In this document: positions 1 through 7,100 of the stretch, in pieces | Position numbering within the stretch: the stretch's first letter is position 1 | Layout: the number at the start of each line of letters is the position of its first letter | Source of the DNA: Selaginella moellendorffii | Taxonomy: Eukaryota > Plantae > Lycopodiophyta | DNA: 8,270 nt | NCBI RefSeq assembly: GCF_000143415.4 | Contig: NW_003314635.1 | Span: 1-8,270, forward strand | Reading direction: 5' to 3' | Notes under the pieces: generated by a model | What the model was told of the DNA's origin: nothing | Database searches by the model: none | Seen by the model: the letters and a program-made list of their open reading frames with translations, nothing else | Program-made: the position numbers and the translations under genes

Positions 1-180
1 ATGAGATGCTTTCTTTGCAACGACATGTCCCTCACAAATCTTATCATCCAGATGCTTTGCTGAAATGGATTTGGTTGCGGTGTTCCAATTGATCCCCAAG
101 CGCAATGGACTATCTTGCTTGAGGCATTCGCCCAGAATGGGGATTTCGAGGAGGTGCTGGGGATCTTAACAATTTTGCTA
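1..180 (+). pseudogene. Frameshifted PLS-class PPR relic (may extend left of the window)
   Basis: Frame 1 DMSLTNLIIQMLC then TGA (61-63). Frame 2 (68-106) DLVAVFQLIPKRN. Frame 1 from 106 WTILLEAFAQNGDFEEVLGIL. Together these reconstruct an S-then-P motif pair with indels and a stop. Confidence 0.7.
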
Positions 181-181
181 A

Positions 182-572
182 AGCTCAGAAAAAGAACACC
201 AATATGATGCATCCATTGTTGAAGCAATCAATTTACAAAGTTGTATGAATATGCAAGAGGGATTGATAGAGATTGGGTTAGACGAGGGGATCATAATCAC
301 TCTTGAGATTGAGCAAACAAGATCCATACCAGGTAATATCATTTTAATAAAGTTTCTAATACTAATATTCATTTTTGTTCTTCAGTCTTTAAAATAATTG
401 TGGAGGATTCCTCTTATTATCTGAGAAAGATTGTTGCAATTATGGGAACCATTCAAATTTAGGCAGTGGGACCTTAATGGATTGCTTAAACCTGAAGCTT
501 TTATCTTGCAAATTTGTGGGAATGTTTGCATAGCAAAATTGAGAAAAGTTTCTTTAGCCCCTAGCAAGTGAT
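182..572 (+). pseudogene. Possible decayed spliced gene fragment, identity unknown
   Basis: Well-formed 53-nt intron 333-385 (CAG/GTAATA, CTAAT branch motifs at 356 and 362, pyrimidine tract, TTCAG). It is flanked by partly open frames (e.g. ERLLQLWEPFKFRQWDLNGLLKPEAFILQICG). No family recognised. Confidence 0.3.
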
Positions 573-610
573 AATTATGGTATATTGACCAAGATATATT
601 TCTCTATTGA

Positions 611-709
611 TCAAGGTGGGGGACATTTGAAACGGCCAAAGATATGGCGTTAGCATATGACATCATGGCTCAATCTATGCATGGTGCCAAAGTGCGCACA
701 GATTTTTAG
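611..709 (+). pseudogene. C-terminal half of an AP2/ERF DNA-binding domain (decayed fragment)
   Basis: Translates SRWGTFETAKDMALAYDIMAQSMHGAKVRTDF*, versus ERF consensus [33 protein letters not shown]. Bounded by TGA 608-610 and TAG 707-709, lacks the N-terminal YRGVR..WGKW.AEIR strands, and is absent from the ORF track. Confidence 0.8.
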
Positions 710-1629
710 TGCAATGTGCTAGTAAAGATGCGTTAAACCACTTTGATATTTCTCAGCAAAATGAGAGTGGTATGGTCTTTTCATTTCAGTCCTAATAGCT
801 ATTTATAGAAGGTATTTAGATTTGTGGGCAATATTTATAATATGTAAAGAAAGTCTTGAACATGAAAATGTTATTCCCACATCTAGATTTTCTATTTTGT
901 ATTTATTAAGTTTTCAAATTTATCCCAAATGCTATCTTTTGAGGCTGGATGAAAACTTAAAAAGCAAACTTTCATATAAAGAGGGTGGGTTTCAAATGTA
1001 TAATAGAGATGGTTAGAAGTATAGTTGACCATTTAAGATATTATTTAGCTTGCTGCTAAACACCTTTATCATATCTATACTAGTTAATGGATTATCTATA
1101 TCCTCTGTCCTTACTTTAGAAATAGCACTAGACTCTATTTTGCGTGCTTATTATTAATATAGCATAAAATATTTATAATAATAATATTTTTAAAACACTA
1201 ATTAATTAGCTATAGTTCTATATACTTACACCTCATTCCTAGGTTTAAGTAAAGAACCATACCAATGTCTTTGTATATCAGATTGCAAGCATAGAGTTAT
1301 ACTTAAATTTTTATATACTTAATTTTAAATTGCAAGAAAAAAACTACATTTAAGCCTCTTTGTGAGCAAAGGGTCTTAATATTATGATTTTGGATATTTT
1401 AAGATTATTATAATGTTTCTTCATATATCTATTTATTCAATTTTTAATTGTGCATTTGGGAGTTTAACTTCATCCCTTTATTCATGTGACTCTTACTTTG
1501 AAAAACCATCATCTCTTCCAGGAATATGTGTTTTATTTATCTTGTGGAAGAGCTTTGTTTGATCTTCAAGACATAAGCACAAAGATCCGTGTGGCCCAAA
1601 ACTCTAAAACTCATAATTCACTATAGGGT

Positions 1630-1990
1630 ATAAAATCAAAACTATATATAATATAGAAAGAATGGGTAATGAATATTTAAGGTGTTATATTGACCATATA
1701 AGAGATTGAAAGATTTAATAAGATTTATAGAAACATAAAAGTTTTATATAAAACTATAAAGAAAAATATAACTACTCTTCTAAACTACAAGAGAAAATGT
1801 ATTTTAAATGTTATAATTGACTATATAAATATATATTTTTAAAACTATATAAAATCCCAAACATTTTGCCATAAGAAAAATCATATATAATATTTGATAA
1901 AACAGAGTAACATAAAGACACTATACTAAAAGCTACTTATCACATTAATACTTAAACCATATAAAAAAGTAACTATTAGTAAACTAAGTA
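1630..1990. repeat. Very AT-rich, A-skewed region with dispersed AAAACTATA(T/A)A-like motifs; possible non-autonomous transposon remnant
   Basis: AAAACTATATA at about 1638 and 1841, AAAACTATAAA at about 1750, and TGTTATA(A)TTGAC(C/T)ATATAA at about 1683 and 1809. No termini or TSD identified. Confidence 0.35.
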
Positions 1991-2226
1991 AAACCACATG
2001 TCAACTGGGGGTTGGACTCCAGTGGAACCAATTTTGTCATGTAATTTTCTCATATGTCCTATTTCTCTTACCAAGTGTTTCATATAGTTAATTTTGAAAA
2101 ACCACATCATTTGGCATCTTTTAGTACCTTTAAACCTAGAACTCTAAAACTCTAAATGTGGGACAATTTTGTTGTTGTTAGAATCCTTAATTCTCTGAGA
2201 CCAAATTTTAAGGCATGCTTGAAACA

Positions 2227-3190
2227 GTAAGTTCATCTCTTCTTGTTTTCGTTGTCCTTTTTTCTCTCACAAAGAGAGCGGCCACAGTATTGCACTTCTG
2301 CTTCGTGTGCTGTCACACTGTTTGGAAAGTTCATCAAAGCTTTGTACAATGACTATGGACACTGCTGTGCAGTGTGCCCATTGGCTTCAGCAATGAAGAG
2401 GTAACTCTTCTTTGCTGTGTTTTACATGTTTTCTTGCTTGAAACACCAGAAAGAGACCTTGGGAAGGTATTGCATAAATGTCCTCTCTGATTATCTGTCC
2501 GTTTTTTCAAGAGCTGGACCCTTTGAAGCCGGCCTGGATAGGCCCTTTCGTTTCTCTTCGTATCGTAAACCAAAACTTCCCTTCAGGGAGGTGGATAAGG
2601 AGCTTCGTGTACACACTCTTGAGCTCATCTTAAGATCTATAGCAAGCAGAAGGACCTATGAGAAGCAAGCTTGTGATGATTAGGAAAGACTATGAGAAGA
2701 ACTTGAAGTACACCAGAAAAATCTAATCAGGTATGTAAGAACGTTGAAAAAACAATTGAGCTTCGTGTACACACTCTTGAGCTCATCTTAAGATCTATAG
2801 CAAGCAGAAGGACCTATGAGAAGCAAGCTTGTGATGATTAGGAAAGACTATGAGAAGAACTTGAAGTACACCAGAAAAATCTAATCAGGTATGTAAGAAC
2901 GTTGAAAAAACAATTGAACTTACTTACTTTCCCCTGCCAAAATGGACATGCTAACCTTTTTCTGCCTTACATGGCTTCTTATGATTGCTCGAATTCTTCT
3001 CCCGCACTCCATACAAGATGACTTTGCGTGATCATTAGACACGATTTTGACGTCGTACCTAAAAAAGGTAACATATTTTGGGGCAAATTAGGTTTCACTC
3101 CTTAGGTGCACAATCAAGCAACCCACAGCCCTGTAGCTAGCAATCAAAGTAAATCAATATAAATCAATCTGAGAAGTCCCTACAAGGTAA
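2227..3190 (+). pseudogene. Remnant of an unidentified multi-exon (micro-exon) gene with a coiled-coil-like segment
   Basis: Regular 45-49 nt intron-like units: 2227-2274 (GTAAGT..AAG), 2401-2449 (GTAACT..CAG), 2467-2511 (GTATTG..AAG), 2542-2586 (GC..CTTCAG). Further donors at 2731/2889 (CAG/GTATGT), 3068 and 3187. Spliced reading: SVPIGFSNEE-KETLGR-AGPFEAGLDR-EVDKELR...EKQACDD*ERL*EELEVHQKNLI, with internal stops. Confidence 0.5.
2600..2915. repeat. Perfect head-to-tail tandem duplication, 2 x 158 bp (2600-2757, 2758-2915)
   Basis: Both copies read GAGCTTCGTGTACAC...GTTGAAAAAACAATT, with no mismatch on manual comparison; GA microhomology at 2916-2917. Confidence 0.97.
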
Positions 3191-3225
3191 TTTGTTTAAT
3201 GACTCTAACATGTGGAATAACTCAC

Positions 3226-3311
3226 ACATTTCAAATCCGAAGACCTAAACATTGACTAAATAAAATATACATTTCAAATCCGAAGACCTAAACATTGACT
3301 AAATAAAGTAT
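3226..3311. repeat. Tandem duplication, 2 x 43 bp (3226-3268, 3269-3311), one mismatch
   Basis: ACATTTCAAATCCGAAGACCTAAACATTGACTAAATAAA(A/G)TAT repeated twice. Confidence 0.95.
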
Positions 3312-3718
3312 ATTTTTAATACTTTTTTAATACTAATAAATGCTTGTTTAATATTTTTAAAGTTGGTGATGATATATATTTTTGTAGATATGAACTTGGA
3401 AACAAAGGCTGTTCCGATACGAAAACAATGAGCATGAAATATACTAAGCCCCATCCATCCACGAAAATGGTCGCAAAGTTATTTAGAATCTAAAATTTCT
3501 ACAGATCAATCTTACTGGGCAAGCATTTTTGTGAAAGATGGGCCATCATGTCCTAGAGCATTTGCTTTGCTCTTGCAGCAGTCATCAGTCTTCCTTCTCA
3601 CAACATTTCACTGTATTGCACAGAATCAGATATTAATCTGAAAAATCATCTAAAACAATGTATTATTGAAATTGACAATTTGGCTAGCGGCATGGAGATT
3701 CCTCTGAGATAGTAAGCC

Positions 3719-4050
3719 ATGGAAGCTATGGTGAGAAACGCGAAAGCGGCGCCGATCCCAAATATCTCTTGCCGGGCAGCCTTACAGTCGTGGAACGCGC
3801 AAAGAACACTAAACAAGCGGGAGATTCAAATGCGAGCGCGATCGCTAGGTCACGGTGCTGGGCAACGCGCTCGTCCAGATGTTAGCAAAATGCGGCAGCC
3901 TGGGCGAGGCGATGGTCGCCTTTGCCAGGATCTCCAGGAAATCGGCCGTTTCTTGGAACGCGATCGTAAAGGCGATGGCGCAGTGCGGTGATTTCCGTGG
4001 CCCGATCGGGCAGGCGGAGGAGATGTTGCTGGATCTGGATGGAGCGCGAT
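3719..4050 (+). pseudogene. Degenerate PLS-class pentatricopeptide repeat (PPR) fragment, frameshifted near 3855
   Basis: Frame of ORF 3719: PNISCRAALQS...KREIQMRARSLGHG (L-motif-like). After a frame change: VLGNALVQMLAKCGSLGEAMVAFARISRKSAVSWNAIVKAMAQCG, matching the S/P motif consensus (NALIxMYxKCGSLxxAxxVFxxxxxxxVVSWNAxIxAxAQxG). Only about 2-3 motifs, no E/DYW domain. Confidence 0.8.
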
Positions 4051-4131
4051 TGGGATTCTATTCGCATGCAGCCAAGCCGGGATTGTGGATCGCGCATGAC
4101 AGTCCATCGGCCCGGATTTCGGGCTCTTGGA

Positions 4132-4187
4132 GTATGGTGGGTAGCGGAAGCCCTAGAAACAGGGCACAGAATTTAGGGTTCTTGCAG
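4132..4187 (+). other. Candidate intron upstream of ATG 4193 containing telo-box-like motifs
   Basis: GTATGG...TTCTTGCAG, 56 nt, the same size class as the gene's other introns. Contains TTAGGGTT (4173-4180) and AGCCCTAG, resembling the plant telo-box AAACCCTA. Confidence 0.5.
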
Positions 4188-4192
4188 GGAGA

Positions 4193-7100
4193 ATGAGGGA
4201 CGAGCGGCAGCTGCCGCATCGCAAGCGCACCTTTGATCGGATGCTGGGGGACGTCGTTGGCGACGTGGAGGTGGATATCGACGGCGATGTGGAGGTGGAT
4301 GTGGATGTGAGTGGATTGGAGCAGCACGACATCGCCGATGCTACCACGAGCAATGCAGCCCCGTCGGAGATGGTATTTGGAGGGGTTTGAGTCCGTCATG
4401 GTGGGGGAATGCGACGACGAGCAGGAGGAAGAGGTGGAGGAGGACGAGGACGAGGAGGAAGATGAAGATTATGCGCTGCGGTTTGAGGGAGATATGGACC
4501 CGCTGGCCTTTGTGGACGTGGATCAGAATGGTGATCTCCCCTACCAGCAGTTTGAGAGGCTAGAGTATGAGGCACTGGCGGAGCGAAAGCGCAAGGCTCT
4601 CGCGAAGAAGAGGTATCGAGTGAAAAAAATATTGTTCTGTGATTGATTTGTGAGTTTGCTTCGCAGAGAAGAGGAGGAGATGAATGCCAAAGAAAGTCAG
4701 CAGGACATCTTTGGCGCAGACATAGACGACATTTGGAATGCTTTCGGCCCAAAGCGAAGAAGACGAGCGGGAGAGGTAAGAGTTAACTACTTTACTTGAT
4801 CATGGATTATGGTTTTCAACTATGAGTCCATGAAGCTTACCATGAAGCTGGTCTTTTATCAAACGCTAAGCTCTTTTGAAATCGCAGGCAAAGCGGAAAG
4901 GAAGGAAAAAAGTTCCTGGCATTCCTGGTGCGTCGAGATTGCCTCCAGAGGTCTCGAGGAAACTGGGAGAAGCTAACTTGCTTTATGCAACGAGAAAGAA
5001 CGACGAGGTCTGGACGGTGCTTGTGTCTTACTAGCAGTGCTGACAACTTTTCATGCAGGCAATCGCTCTCCTGAAAGAAGTGGTGCGTCTCGCTCCAAAC
5101 GCTCCTGATGCTTATCACACGCTGGGGCTGCTCTACGACGCAATGGGTGACCGGAAGAAGGCGCTAAACTTCTATATGATATGCGCGCACCTCAAGCCGA
5201 AAGACGCTGCTCTGTGGAAGCGGCTTGCGTCGTGGTCTACGTAAGAACGCAACTTGAATAATGCTCCATCTAACTTCTCATTGCAGTGAGTTGGGAAATA
5301 CAGGACAAGTGATTCACTGCCTGACCAAAGCAATAAGGGCCGATCCTGATGACATAGATGCCAAGTGGGATCGTGCCTCACTATACGCTGAAATACTCGA
5401 CTTCCAGAAAGCGGCCGACGCGTTTGAACAGATGCTTGTTTTGCGATCGAGCGATGTAGAAGTTTGCAAAATGGTTGCCAAGGTAAAATTGCAGTCGTAT
5501 TCATATAAATTCGTGCTAACTCTCACAGCTTTCTAAACAGATGCAACACAAGAATGGGAATATCCAACGGGCAACGGAAGTATTAGAAAAGTTTATTGAC
5601 GAGCATTCTGCTGAAGCGGATTTTGCTGCGGTGAATCTCCTGGCTGAGCTTCACATGGGAAACAGGAATTACGCTGCAGCTCTATCTCAGATAGATCGTG
5701 CACGCCAAATGTATTGCCATGGACAGGCACTACCGCTGGACTTAAGCATTAAGTCTGGGATCTGCCACGTTCACTTGGGAAATTTACTCGCAGCCGAGGT
5801 GAGTGTAGACATGTACCGCTCTTTCCTCTTTCATTTTCCTGACTGTTTTTCAAAAGAGGGACTTCGAGGATTTACGTAAGGAGGGTCTTGACGATCTTGC
5901 GGACTTGGTGTTGGATGTTGGAGATACCTACCTGAGCGTTGGTAGACACCACGACGCTCTTGGATACTATATTATTCTGGAAGGCAACGATGCTTATGAT
6001 AACGTATGCTCAGCTTGTTTTTTGATGTTATAATGCCTGGTTATTTTTTTTTCTCTCTTGGCAGGGGACCCTTTCACTGAAAATTGCTGAGTGTTACATG
6101 GCGGTCGACGCATTGGAAGATGCCATCCGAGTTTACTATAGGGGTATGAAGTCGAGCTTTGTTTTCGGTTCCTATTCATTTCGTATCTTTCAGTGATGGA
6201 AAAATTGCCACAACACGTAGACGCTAGGCTAACGCTGGCATCTCTTCTTTTGAGATGTTCTAGACTGGATGATGCAATAAATCTGCTGAAGCCTCCTCAA
6301 GTTACAGGTAAAATAGTCGAGCAGAACGTTGTCTTCTAAAGATGTTGTGCCGCAGATACGTCCGTCTCCGGTCTTTACTGGTGGCAGAACGGAAGAATAA
6401 AGATGAAGCTTGCAGAAATTTATCATGGCCAAGGGAAGCTTTATCTGTTTCTGGAGACCATCTTACCTGCAATTCAAGAAAGCCTCTATGTCGAGTCTTT
6501 TAACCAAAAGGTCCGTTTTCAGTTTTTCTTGCACTTAGAACTGAAGCATGCATACAGGTGAAAGGAAGAAAACGCTTACCGAAAAGTGTCCTAGCAGAGC
6601 GGGCAAAGCTCTTGGAAGACAAGCAAGACGACGAGGTGTTTCAAGGCTTTGGTCCGATCATTTCTCGTAATGATAGGTACACAACATCTATCTGTCTGAT
6701 TCTTCTAGACGCTTGTTTGTGTTATGCGGACAGGGCTAAAGCATCAAGAGCAAAGAAGGTGTTAGCAAAACGCGCAGCCGAGAAAGAGGAAAAGAAAGCA
6801 GCAGCACTCGCTGCTGGTATGGAGTGGGAGTCTGAAGAAGAGTCGGACGGAGCAGAAGCTGTAAGTCTTGTTTCACTCAGTTCCAAATTCTAACACATCG
6901 CTCCTTGGCAGGAAATGGAATTAAAGCAATCACCACTTCCAAATCTATTGAAAGACGACGAACACTATCAAACGCTGCTTCAGGTCCATTTATTTTACGT
7001 TCTCTTACGCAACGTTATTGCACTATTTATTTCAGGCATGCAAGGCTTTAGCATCCATCCAACGCTATTGGGAAGCTTTGGAAGTCATACATCACTCGCT

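Noticed and set aside
690-723. Possible Helitron 3' end (GCAC..GTGC then CTAG-T at 719-723)
   Set aside because: The stem is only about 4 bp and overlaps AP2-derived sequence; too weak to call. CTAG-T at 1080-1084 has no hairpin.
822-1016. 64-aa ORF in AT-rich DNA
   Set aside because: TTG start, no recognisable motif, consistent with chance.
1618-1628. TCACTATAGGG, matching the 3' part of the T7 promoter, and containing CACTA
   Set aside because: The upstream TAATACGAC is absent and there is no vector sequence; no matching inverted CACTA terminus or TSD was found downstream.
2417-2683. 88-aa ORF as a standalone gene
   Set aside because: Non-ATG start inside an intron-like tract; better explained as read-through of two 45-nt introns in a remnant gene.
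2600-3311. Repeats as a possible CRISPR array or LTR pair
   Set aside because: Only two directly abutting copies each, with no spacers, no internal domain and no TG..CA ends; the context is eukaryotic.
3490-3645. Further acceptor-like sites (TTCTACAG, TCTTGCAG, TGCACAG) and hairpin TCAGAT-ATTA-ATCTGA
   Set aside because: No consistent donors or reading frame could be built; a 6-bp stem is expected by chance.
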